A stretch of 63,013 bases of DNA, filler included, from Rhabdomonas costata (Eukaryota), in assembly GCA_019059605.1 (NCBI GenBank). It is 37 parts of 37 records of this genome, joined end to end, with 100 filler letters (N's around TTAATTAATTAA, not from the genome) between each part and the next. Parts side by side here need not be neighbours in the genome. Positions count along the whole stretch, not along the records: positions 11,931 to 13,535 come from JAHMHO010012156.1; positions 13,636 to 15,240 come from JAHMHO010012157.1; positions 15,341 to 16,943 come from JAHMHO010012158.1; positions 17,044 to 18,648 come from JAHMHO010012159.1; positions 18,749 to 20,352 come from JAHMHO010012160.1; positions 20,453 to 22,056 come from JAHMHO010012161.1; positions 22,157 to 23,762 come from JAHMHO010012162.1; positions 23,863 to 25,467 come from JAHMHO010012163.1; 29 more parts are not named here. One strand, written 5' to 3'. Under the pieces are notes generated by a model, which was given only the letters and a program-made list of their open reading frames with translations, searched no databases and was not told where the DNA came from. Within the stretch, counting starts at the first letter, position 1, and the number at the start of each line of letters is the position of its first letter. A program made the position numbers and the translations under genes. Positions 13,093-24,700 of the stretch are shown here, piece after piece.

Positions 13093-14084
13093 CTGCGTGG
13101 GCCACCGACACATCCACTCCCCTCTGGGCGAACAGGTTTCACTCCTAAGGAACGGTGTTTCCAGGTCAAGCATTTTTCAATCCGTTCATCCGTTCTCCGG
13201 TCGCTGCTTTCCTGCAGAGGAGGGGAATGACCACCGCATCACTTTCAGTTGGATGGGAATTCCCAGGAACTAAATGGCACGTCGTCAAAACTGCGTGCAC
13301 AAGACATTGGCTTTGGTGGAGAACTCTTTGTCTCCAGCGGTATTTCAAATTCCCCTCCCCCTGCCTGGCGGCTGCTCCATGTATCGATCGCCCCTCTGCT
13401 AAGCTGAGGTTCTTTGGGAAACCACAATGGTTCAATATACCACGGTTCTAGGGAGCTCTAACCCCCTTGCGCTCGCTGTCTGCTTGGCACTCGGTTGCCT
13501 CCATTCTCTTCTATGCCGAGACACACAAAAAAAACNNNNNNNNNNNNNNNNNNNNNNNNNNNNNNNNNNNNNNNNNNNNTTAATTAATTAANNNNNNNNN
13601 NNNNNNNNNNNNNNNNNNNNNNNNNNNNNNNNNNNGTGTTGTGTGTTTGGGGTGGGGTGTGAGCTGCGTCGGGCGTGCCTCACCGACTGCTGGGTCTCCC
13701 TCTTCGGAACTGTCCTCCATCGGGACCCCGCGAGAATGAACGTTATGCGAGGGCCAGGCAGTGGCAAGGGCTGGGAAAGTCGTTGTGGGACTCGTTGGCA
13801 CAAGTTCTGAAAACATTAACACACCTCGCTTGATTCGCGAAGTTGTTTTGGGGTTCCTCCTGTGTATGTCCCCATCAGTGGCGTATGTTCATAAGATGCA
13901 TGGCGCATGCATCTCCCAGACGTCCGTATGCCAGTGAAGTACAGATAGCACATTGTGGTTCTGCATTTTCACCTCTACTTGAGCCATCCCCAATAGCAGC
14001 GGCTCTCTTGTCTGTCCGTGTCGTTTCCTGTCTTTTTTCTTTTGCCTTGCTTGTTTCTTTGTGTCCGTGTGCCTGTACTGTACC

Positions 14085-15193
14085 ATGGACTCGGAGGAGG
14101 ATCCTCCCACCGAGCATCTGGCCTACTACGAGCAGATCACCCTGCACCCCGTGCACCTCATTCAGTGTGGCTCCTCCATCACTGCTGCCGTGGGTGGGGA
14201 TGGCCAGCCCACCCATGCCAGTGCTGTGGATGGAGTGCACCAGCCACTCAGGGGCAGGCTTGGCTCCCCTGAGCTGGACAGCCTGGAGGAAAGGCTGAAG
14301 CAGTGGGAGAAGGCCCTGTTCGCCCGTGAGAGAGCATTGATGGAGAGAGAGGTGTGCTGCGAGGAGTTCTCTTCACTTCTATGCATGCCTCTAAGTGTGT
14401 GCGCGCGCTTCTAGGGGAGAGGGGGTAATTTCGGGTTGTTTTTTCCTGCCGTCTTTAAGCAACTCGCCAAGGGCGTTTAAGGGATGTCCAATTCTTCGTG
14501 ACAAGTGGGGGAAGGTGGGAATTTGTGAGAAGGTCAGATTTGATAATCTGTGCCTGTATACCGTCGTTCGTGTGTTTGTACGGGGGGGACAACAGGCTAA
14601 GGCTATCTTGCGGGATTAGCATTGCTGTGCATCCGTTTTGTGCCGGTTTGTTTGGATGAAATAGTTCCCTTGGTTTGTTGCTGTCGCCTCGCGAGCGCGC
14701 TTGAGCGACACAATACACCAACGCTTGAGCAATCAGAGAAGTAATAGCACGCATAAGGTGCTGCACACGGTGCCACGTGGACTCTGGGTGCATAGGGCCT
14801 GACCGAGGTCTTGCGGAAGGCCTTCCAGGCTGTAGCCCGGCTGGACACCCGAGTGCGGCACCTCGAGATGATGCGGCGCGCCCTGGAGCAGCGGCAGATG
14901 CAGGCCCTCGACGCCTTCCTGTTCCCCTCCGCTGCATCCCCTCCGCCTCCAAAGAAAGCCCCTATGAAGGTCGTGTCATGCGTATATATGATCAGAACCA
15001 CCTCTCGTGCCCTTCTCTCCCGGATGTTTTTTTCGCAGCTTCGGATGTGGAGCAGCAGGTGATGTACGACCTGGACTCCCAGGACCGGCGGTGGCTGGAT
15101 GAGTACAACGCAGAGGAGCTGGTGAGCTTCCTAGACGACGACCTCTTTGAGGCCTTGATTGACAAGTTTGAGAAGATCCAGGGCTTCGCTCAG
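14085..15193 (+). CDS. Enhancer-of-polycomb-like (EPL1) domain protein, partial; exons 14085-14351, 14796-14969, 15059-15193
   Basis: Last exon VMYDLDSQDRRWLDEYN...DDLFEALIDKFEK is the EPL1 motif YDLDxxDxxWL...FExxIDxFEK. All three exons join in phase 0. Confidence 0.8.
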
Positions 15194-16695
15194 GTGGGGT
15201 GCATCACCCACCACTCCCACCGCACAGGCCAAAACCCCCCNNNNNNNNNNNNNNNNNNNNNNNNNNNNNNNNNNNNNNNNNNNNTTAATTAATTAANNNN
15301 NNNNNNNNNNNNNNNNNNNNNNNNNNNNNNNNNNNNNNNNACAAGTCGGTGTTCTTCAACGCCGATTTCAAGAGATTAGGAAAGAGATCCCGATAAAAGG
15401 TCTGGAAACCGACGTCTGACGTCGGATTGTTTTTTGGTTGAGTTTTATTTGGGTATACTTTGGTTTTCGTGGTGTTTTTGGGTTGTGAATTGAAAGCTGT
15501 TTACCTATTTACAGGTTGCAGCTAAAAAGCTCAGCGGACCGAGGCTAAAAGCGAGGTAGAGGCAAGTGATGGCTAAAAAGGTTGAGAGCTGAACATTCTA
15601 ACTTTCCCCTGTGCTGTGCTTTGGTGCTGTTCCCTTCTTGTTTGCCTTGTTTTTTGGGTGGGAAAGGCGTAAGCGGACGACTGGGTAGAGGCAAGACCTC
15701 CAGGAACCCAACTCCCAGCGGAACACGCCCGTTCCAGCCCGGCATATTCTGCACTGTTTCTGTTTTTGCCTCCGGCCGCCTTGCGCATTGTTTTCGGGCT
15801 GGGCGCCCCCCTTGTAAAAGCTGTTGCGCCCTCCTGGCGTGCCTGTTTTTCTGGGATTCGTCTTTCCGGCTTCTGCGTGTGTTCTCCCGTGCGTTGCTGT
15901 GGTTGGATTTGGCATTTTCTCGCCTCTCGCGCCTTGCCGCGAGACCTGATGCCTTCAACCCCCATTTATTTTTTGCCCACGCCGAGCACACCATTTTCTG
16001 CCCCTCCCTACGCCTCCGTACGCCTGTCTCCTTTGTCTGCCAGCGCGCCTCTCCTAGAAGCCTCCATCTCTTATATTCGGCACTTTTGTGCTTTTGTGCT
16101 TTTGTGCTTCTGCTCCTGCGTATTGGTTCTTGTCCTTTGTGTTCCCGAGCCTCCCAGAGTGTTGTTTGGAAATGGGTTTTTGTGTGTGGTGTTCTCCACG
16201 TGCGTTGCAAAGATAGACTTGCGGCTACAACCCCATTTTTTGAATCGCGCCACGTGCACCATTTTTATGCCCTTCCGTTTGCCTCGGACACTGTGTCAAC
16301 CAATTTGCTCCTTCCACTTCTTCCAATACAGTCTCTTGTTTCCTTCGTTTGCCCGCGCGCCTCTTCTAGAATTTTTCGTGTCTTACACGATCCACTTTGA
16401 CATTTGTCCTGTGTAATGCCGCTTTGTGCCAGCAGCCTTTGTGGAATGTTGGTGGTGCTTGTTCTGTGTAAAGCCAGAAGATGGCGATAAATCCTGAGGT
16501 TTCCTTTTGGCAAGAATGACGATATTAAACGTTTTATGTATGGAAGAACGTTCTTGCCAACACAGAAGCATTAGAAAATGTTGTTTGGTGCACGACGGAG
16601 TTTTGATGCCGAAACCAGTTGGTTATGAAGAAAGTCGCAGACTCCACGTTTGTGTGGAGCTCAGGAGATCAGATGGGTAGATCATCCGGAGTTTA

Positions 16696-16937
16696 TTTGG
16701 GCAATATTGTTCTTAACGAGAACAGGATATTGATGCCGTGTGAATGTTACTGGAATAGGAGGAATAAGGTGCTAAAGGTAAAGGATGTGACGGCTGAGGT
16801 AAATCTGGTAGAGAAGCGGGAATACCAAATTTACCTCAGCCGTCACATCCTTTACCTTTAGCACCTTATTCCTCCTATTCCAGTAACATTCACACGGCAT
16901 CAATATCCTGTTCTCGTTAAGAACAATGTTGCCCAAA
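16696..16937. repeat. Near-perfect inverted repeat (~115-bp arms, 12-nt loop) at contig end
   Basis: 16696-16810 is the reverse complement of 16823-16937 with 2 mismatches. Confidence 0.95.
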
Positions 16938-18748
16938 CAAAACNNNNNNNNNNNNNNNNNNNNNNNNNNNNNNNNNNNNNNNNNNNNTTAATTAATTAAN
17001 NNNNNNNNNNNNNNNNNNNNNNNNNNNNNNNNNNNNNNNNNNNTCCCTCCTCCCGACGCTCGGTGTGACCGAAATGTGCGCTGGTCTTGGGACGCCGTGT
17101 CTGAACCTCGGCTTTGTTGCTGTGATGCTTTGTGCCCTGTTGGAAAAACTGAAGTTTCCGAAGGAAACCAGTCTTGTTGCATAATCCCAAGGGGTAGAAG
17201 CCACCCCCCTTCCACATTCGCCCACTCCCACTCCAACCAGAAAACATACGACTGAGGAAGTGACCCTCAGGGTACTGCGAAGTTGACCGGGACGGGTTTT
17301 CTCCGGGATGAGGACCTCGGTGCCACCCTGCTCTGCAATGTCCACGTGCAAAACCGCTCTGGAGGAGCGGTCCCCCTTCTCGCGCCGGGGAAGGTGGCTG
17401 GGGCTGCAAGACTGCGAACGGTGGGCAGCGGGGCTGCGCACCCTCTCCCGATCCATACTGTCCAGCTCCCCGAAAACGGAGGCCAAGTGCAGCTCGGGGA
17501 TGGCTCTTCCGGGGAAGCGGGGTGGAAGCTCCCCTCGGGAGGGATGCTCGCGGATAGGAGTGCTGGAATGGGATAGGGGATGATAGGATGATGATATGGT
17601 ATGGGGTTGATGGCCTGTGAGTTCCTCAGAGTGGGACCGAAGAGGTGAACCCGCCACAGAGGGCGTCTGTCCGTGCTCTGCAAAAATAAAATAGACAAGG
17701 GGTTGCGTACGAAAAATGCCAGCAATTTTATATGGGACACACTTGCAGACAGCGCGAAGGCAGCGAAAAAAGTCGCGACGGTCGAATTTGCGGGTTCTCA
17801 ATATGCGCATTTCATTGCTTTTCTTTTCTCGGTTCTATTTTCAGTAGGCTCGTTATGAGTTAAATAAGCCAACGTACGCATCTCCTCAAGCCCCTTTAAC
17901 CGTCAAAAATGAATAAATGCTTTTTCCCATCCTCACCATGAAGTGGGCATTTGGATGTTTCAGGCAAAAGAAGCGTTGCAATGCTGCAGTTTGCTTCATG
18001 ATGGGGTGCACCCCCTCCACCACTGAGCAATGGTCTATCAGTAAAAACATGTTCCTCCAAGCAAAAGAAAACCCTGCTCCTTCCTCAGCTGCAAACCTTT
18101 GCCCGACAGGGCAGAGGTGGCTTCCAAGAGAGCCCGCACCCGGTTGGAAAGATCAGAGGATCCTGAGAAAACCCGCAGGAAGGATCAGTTCAAAACAAAC
18201 TCCAGTTCTGAAACACAGCCTCCTGGCAACCCCTTTGCGACATTCTTCTTTTTTCGCCTGCAAAAACACTGTGAAGAGCTTCAGAGTCTCACTCGTGCAA
18301 ACTTGCAGAAGATAAGCCCGCGTCACAAAATCACAATCTTGATACCTTTCAGAAGGCAAACATACCCTCCCTCTGCCTTGCTCACTGCATGGTTCACTCC
18401 ATGTTCAATGCTCAGCAATCCAAAGCGGACATCCAGACACAAGAAAGGCCATTCCTGTTCGCTTCGGGGCCTTTTGAATGTTTGGGCTTGTGAAAGTTCG
18501 AGATGACGCTATCCACCTCAAAAAGACTGTCCCACAAAAATTCCTCCATTTAAATTCACTGAATGGATGTGCCGGCCACCATTGCATGTCGCAATGTTGA
18601 CCCCTGGTGGACGGAAGACAAGAACGGGGAGAAGTCTCCCAAAAAACCNNNNNNNNNNNNNNNNNNNNNNNNNNNNNNNNNNNNNNNNNNNNTTAATTAA
18701 TTAANNNNNNNNNNNNNNNNNNNNNNNNNNNNNNNNNNNNNNNNNNNN

Positions 18749-20352
18749 GGTTTGGGGTATCATGTATTCTTTCTTCCACTTTGCCGGTCGCTCCTACATT
18801 TTGGGTTCAGTGAGTGAGTCATGCGGGAGCATGGATCACGAATAGGAAGGGCACCGCAGGTAGAAATGTCATGGGGGTATCCTTCTCCTCACTCTACGCT
18901 GCCAACATGTCGGTCGCTTCACGGGTCAGTCACGGTCACGGTCAGTTACGTTCCTCCCTCTCCCAACATCAACCCTCCACCTCTAGTGGCATGTGGGTGA
19001 GTGCAGAGGCTGGGTTGCATGTAGCGGCATGGGTGGCCTCACTGTAGCCATGCCACTGTCACTTCTCTACACTGGTTCTGTGGCAGTTGGAGTGAAGGAT
19101 GAGACATAGCGGCTATACACAAGGTCCATCGTACCACCACTACTACTACCACCGGTAGTGACATCTCTTGCTGTGGTTCGTGCGAGTAACAGCAACTATA
19201 CTGCTCGGGCTATGCAGTTTGAGTAGAGCTGGCCTTGCACTAACGCTAACGTTCACCACATCACTTCAATCATTGTACCTCGTGTGGGTTGGGTGGGTTT
19301 ATTGTCCCCTACAGCAGGTTTCGCAGGCCCACTGCAGGTGGACCTTGGGTCACCTACCCAGTACTACTACCACATCTTGTGTGGGTTCATGTCATCCACC
19401 AGAGGCTACGTTGACATGCCCTACACGTGGCATGAGACCTAGCTCACCTCTAGCCACTACTAGCATATGAACATCAGGTATTGAGTTACGCGTACCGTTG
19501 CATAGCCTCACCGTTGCGGTTCGTGTTGGTTCGGTCAGTTGGAGAAACGATGCCAACCCAGACGCATAACTTCAGGTGTTACCCGTACTACTATGGTGAA
19601 CTGGGAGCTATCGTCGATAATGATTGCTCGCTCATCGGATCCGTCGCTGAGGTGACTCACCCCTTACGCCCATGGTACCACGAATGGTACGTTCTCCCGA
19701 AGGAGCACAGTTCCCTTGCGTTCTCCTGGCATTAACTACAGAATGGATATCCCGAGGGACATTGAAAAGGAATACCACACATCACACAGCCAAAGTACGC
19801 ACACCAGAACCAGAGCCAAAGTCACGACCAACAGCAGCACCATCCACCCCACTCCACCCATGGCACCATCTCCACAACCACTCACCCCAGCCCCAAAGTC
19901 ACCCTCCACGCACACTCCAACTCCATGCACACAACGTCAACCACCACACTAAGAAGCAACACGACCCACAGCACACAGAGCACCACTACCAACCCACACA
20001 ACACCATGACTCCAACGAATTAGCTTCGGATGACGGGCATCCATAATAAAACATGACATTGCTGACACCCAATCTGTTCCAATCCGATTGAGCCTAACCA
20101 CCACCACCATGAGACACCACACCACCATACCACTCCATGAAGTCAGCACACCACACACGATACCGTACACTACACCCTATACCACACTACACCACATCAC
20201 TAGACAACCATACTACACCTGACACATAGACACAAAACCATGGAATTCAATAAGAATACACATACACGCGAGGAAGCCAAGGCCCAATAGCACACCCAAT
20301 ACCCATATAATGCACAAGACCACCAACACTAGCCCAACGGCACCAACACACA
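18749..20352. other. Putative mitochondrion-derived contig with short pieces resembling cox2, cox3, atp6, cox1, nad7, cob (+) and nad3, nad1, nad2/4 (-)
   Basis: No introns or polypyrimidine tracts; CTA/GTA/ACA-rich. Motif-like translations (TGA read as Trp): GSVSESCGSM, VRVTATILLG...LQSLY, GFMSSTRGYVDMP, EWYVLP, MELECAW, LNRIGTD, WLPRVY. Confidence 0.55.
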
Positions 20353-20927
20353 NNNNNNNNNNNNNNNNNNNNNNNNNNNNNNNNNNNNNNNNNNNNTTAA
20401 TTAATTAANNNNNNNNNNNNNNNNNNNNNNNNNNNNNNNNNNNNNNNNNNNNACCGGGCGGTTTTTTTGCGGGGTCTTGCGCGGTAGTGTGAGTGGGTAG
20501 GGGGAGGGGTGTCCGTTAAACATTAAGTGAACCAAACCCAGGGCAGCAATGCGGTGATTTCGAGGTCATTTTTCAGACATCGTGAATTCTCGTCAGGAGT
20601 CTTCTTGAATCAAGGTACCTTGGGTGCCGTCTGTGTGTGGGGGGGCCTGGCAGTGGGTATAAAATTGTTTTCAACATTGTTTTCAACGAACACCATGCAA
20701 TCTCGCTGAGCGTGCCCTCGCCTGCAAAAAAGCGCAAATAAATTAGGTGCTGGGGATGTTCCTTCCCCAGCACTTATGGTTCTCACTGAATCAAGCCGCA
20801 GGGATCTGCTGATTCTGCAGAAGACTCGAGGAGTCCAACCTCAGCCCCGTGCACGCTCTCTCCACTTTGCTTTCATTTACTTTCGGTTTCCAAAGTGTGT
20901 GCCTTTTTTTGTGTGTGGCGTGGGCAG

Positions 20928-21764
20928 CCACCTGCGGCCAGCAGAACTGGCAGTGCCCCCCGTACAGCCACAACAACCCCAGCAGGATCTGCCCCACTCT
21001 GGAGTGCGGGACCAACTTTTGCTGCTCCCGTATGTGCTCCTGTGTGTGCTTTCGTATGCTCCCTCACCTCAGGTCTGCCGTTCACTATGTGTGTTGACCT
21101 CCACCAAAACCATGCCTTCTGCACGCACTGTGTGCGTTTGCGTGTGTGTTTTTGTGTGTGTGTATTTCACAACAAGAACTTCACACCGACGGGTCCCACG
21201 GCAGTGCAAAAGTTTCTTTGAAAATCTTGTCAGCGTGATTTTCTCCTTGTGCGTTTGGAAACTCCTTTTTTCAGTTTCCTTTTTCCATGATATTTCGATG
21301 CATCAGATATGCGGGTGATAGTGGCTGAACCATTTTTTCGCCCTCTCAGTTTTCACATGCCGCGGGCCACAACTTTGTGTCAAGGTGTTCTTCGTCCCAG
21401 TATGCTCATAAGGCCTTAGGGTTTTGGGGAAGAGAATTATCACGGTTCCCACTGGTAACAGTGCACCCCTCACCCATGCACGCACCTTATTTTGGTCCCC
21501 TCCCAATGGCGCCACATTAGGGGCGGCGACAAAACGAAAAACTGTGTGGCTACTGCTCGGACAACGATCACGGAATGGGTGACGGCTGTGATGATTCTGT
21601 GGTGCCCTTCCCCTCCATTTCCTCCCACACGCCACCGCTTTTCTTCTGTGCAGTGAACCCGACCTGCGGCAGGAACGCCACGTGCCCCTCGCAGTACATC
21701 ATCAGGGAATCGTTACAGACCTGCATCAGCATACCATGCACCTCGGCGGAGTGCTGCCTCGAAG
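20928..21764 (+). CDS. Cys-rich repeat protein, partial; 6-Cys module exons 20928-21029 and 21654-21764
   Basis: TCGQQNWQCPPYSHNNPSRICPTLECGTNFCCS and NPTCGRNATCPSQYIIRESLQTCISIPCTSAECCLE; both are phase 1-1 GT-AG exons. Confidence 0.8.
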
Positions 21765-24700
21765 GTTCCACATTCCCTGATCTCTCCCTCCGCCCCTCTC
21801 AGCCAGTCAGTTCATGCTAAAACCCTTACGTCCCAGCAAGAACCGAAACTTCGGGCAGCCAGGCGGAAACGGAACATTGCCCTCCGGGATTCCTGAGTTA
21901 TCCTTTGAACTGAGAGCCGGTGCTTGTTGGACAATCCAGCGGCTCTGAATTCTCCACTTTACAAGTGGTAAAGTTTTGGAAGTAAGCGATGGGCCTTCCC
22001 AACGGATTGGTTTCCATGCGACCGTGGGGATTTCAGAAGCGCCCCCCCCCCCACACNNNNNNNNNNNNNNNNNNNNNNNNNNNNNNNNNNNNNNNNNNNN
22101 TTAATTAATTAANNNNNNNNNNNNNNNNNNNNNNNNNNNNNNNNNNNNNNNNNNNNGTGTGTTTTTCAGGCTGGTCGGTCTGGACGAGCCTCCACATGCT
22201 TCGGTTTCGCCCTCTGGGAGCAGAGGGGTGCGTGTGCATTTTTTTGAATTGATTGGGGGCGTGTCGTGATCCCCCGCTTTCCTGGGAGTTGTGATGACCT
22301 TTTCCATTTGCCATGAGTGATTAAAGCTGATACTGATAAAGGAAGCTACAAAAACAAAACCCCCGCAAAAAAAAGAAAAAGAAAAAGAAAGAAAAAGAAA
22401 GAAGAAGAAGCTCTCTTGTGCGCTCCCATTTTGCTTTCTTCCTATTATTGTCTAATTCCTGTTTACTCGTTGATCAACACTTCACTAATTTTACCACAGA
22501 ACGACCCCCGCATCCTTCTCTTTTCTTGGGACAGTTTTATCAGCCTCGGAGAATTGCTGAAGGTGAAGGCAGAACAGGTCTCTCTGAGCAACCCGTGGTT
22601 TGTGATGAATGGATCAAACAGTGACCTCCCTCCATTTATCGTTGTATAAGGGCGCCACTATTGAGTCTCAAAAGCTGCTCGACAGTTGAACATGAAATGC
22701 TGCGCGAAAGGAAATCCGAATGTGCAGTTCTGAGTGCTGGGACGGTGTAAATCTTTCTTTTCGGGAAAGAGAGACTAACCACTGCAGTGTGCGAAAGGTC
22801 ACATCGAAAGCCGTGTCGTCAGGAAAATGCTCTCATCTGCCCACACAATTTCTTTAGGGCGTCCTGGTCAGGATTCTGATTTGGGACGATTACACCACCT
22901 TTCCGCCCAAATCCATCCTTGGGAGGCTGGTCCTTCTGTCTGCTCTTTTTTTTTTCAAACCCGAACATGCATTGAAGAACCTCACCGTGCGAATGCGAGC
23001 AATAATCCCACCTCGCATCCCATCAGTGCGCACGTTTTATGTTTTTGTCGGTTGCTCTTTCTCTCAATCGTGCAAGGCGAGTGTAAAAGAACAAAAGGGG
23101 ACGTCATCAGCGAATCAAATCTTCACATGACAGCAATGGTGTAAGCAACGGTTTCTACCCCCGGGATGATAGTAAAAAACTGTCCACAGAATCTCGCCCA
23201 TTGTTGACCTTGTTGCATCACTACCAGTTCCCCGATGGATTGATGGGGACGCATGACGAGGTGGCTCGCGCCTTCTTTGCCTCCACAAAGGTTAGCGTTG
23301 TGCTGGGACTTTTCATTGCTTTTTTTTATTTACATTACATGGTATATTTTCCTTCTCTTCCGGTCCACCAGTTGTGCAGTGTTCGCATCTTCTTCGCCGT
23401 TTCACCGCGGTCCCTTCCCTTTCCACTCGCGTATTCTTTGTTTCTTGTGAGTCCGCTATTAGCGAGCGGAATTAGAGACCGCCTCGGCGGATTCCCGCCT
23501 TTTCCATTTCCGGTGGCATTGACCAAGCTCGCAGTGATTAAGGGCCGGGGGTGCGACGACCCAAAGCGAGCTTGCAAAAGAAAAAACAAGCCCCCACAAA
23601 AAAAAGTTGTGCAGTTAAGTTAAAGCGTGGCTTTTGATTTTTTTCTCGAGCATGGTAGGGAGTACCGGTGCACGGGTAACCTGGCACATCCCTATTTGCC
23701 GTTAATTTGTCGTTTCCTTCGGAAACTTGTTTTCTCCCCGTAAGCACGAGAAAACACCAACANNNNNNNNNNNNNNNNNNNNNNNNNNNNNNNNNNNNNN
23801 NNNNNNTTAATTAATTAANNNNNNNNNNNNNNNNNNNNNNNNNNNNNNNNNNNNNNNNNNNNGTGGTGGGTGTGGTTGGTGGTTTGGGGCGCTTCTGGGC
23901 CCTGGGGAAGGGGAAAAAAGAAAACCGCCCAAACACACGCAAACGCAAATAGAAGGTGTGTGTGGTGGTTGCGCGCGCGCGCGCGCACGCACAGGAAAAC
24001 CCAATTTCCAGGGGCTCGCTCTTTGGTTCCCGGAACCGGCCGGGCCCGGGAAAAGGACATAAACACCAAAACGCACGCACTAACAGCGCATTAGCGCGAG
24101 ACTTGCGGCTTCTCCCACTTTTTTGCCCGCGCCACGCGCTGCCTTTTATGCACTTCCCTGTGCCTCCGGTGCTTCCTGCGCTTCCTTCGGACCCTTTGCC
24201 CCCCGATTTCTTTACACAAATTGTTATCTATCTTGCGTCGTGTTTCCTTGTTTGCACCTTCCCATTCAACAGCCTTTGTGCCGTAGGGGCTCGACTTTGC
24301 CCGGCGTTCAAACGGTACTTCCATGCAACGAAACCCTTTCCCATTTCCGGTTTTTTTTCCGTCTTTCCTTTATTAGCCGAAGGCGTTTTGAATTCCTCTC
24401 GTATATTTCCGCTTCCGTTCTTTTCTAAAACCGCCGAAATTTCGGACTACTGCGCCCCGGATCCGTTGACCACGGCAAGGCCCGCGTCAAAGACGAAAGA
24501 TCTTGAAATAAAGCGCCGTAATCACCGGAAGTAGATGTGGGTGGTTGACCGCGGCATAACAGCGATAAAAAGGCATGTTTTCACATGCGGGCAATAGTGT
24601 TTTTTAACGCGGATATCTACCTGGGGAATTGTTAGCAACGGTAAGCTGCGGCGGATGTGTTGTGTGTGTGTTTGTGTGTGTGTTTCATTTGTGGACTTTG

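Noticed and set aside
15545-16416. Overlapping 200-270 aa ORFs on both strands
   Set aside because: Pyrimidine-skewed low-complexity DNA with few stops; no motifs or exon-like codon bias.
16696-16937. Long hairpin as a MITE or structured RNA
   Set aside because: Near-perfect arms run into the contig end and primer-like tail around a small natural stem, typical of an amplification fold-back.
19334-19440. Alternative frame AGGPWVTYPVLLPHLVWVH as cox1 GWTxYPPL or cob helix D
   Set aside because: His spacing does not fit cob and it overlaps another cox1-like reading; it illustrates the false-positive risk of matching by eye.
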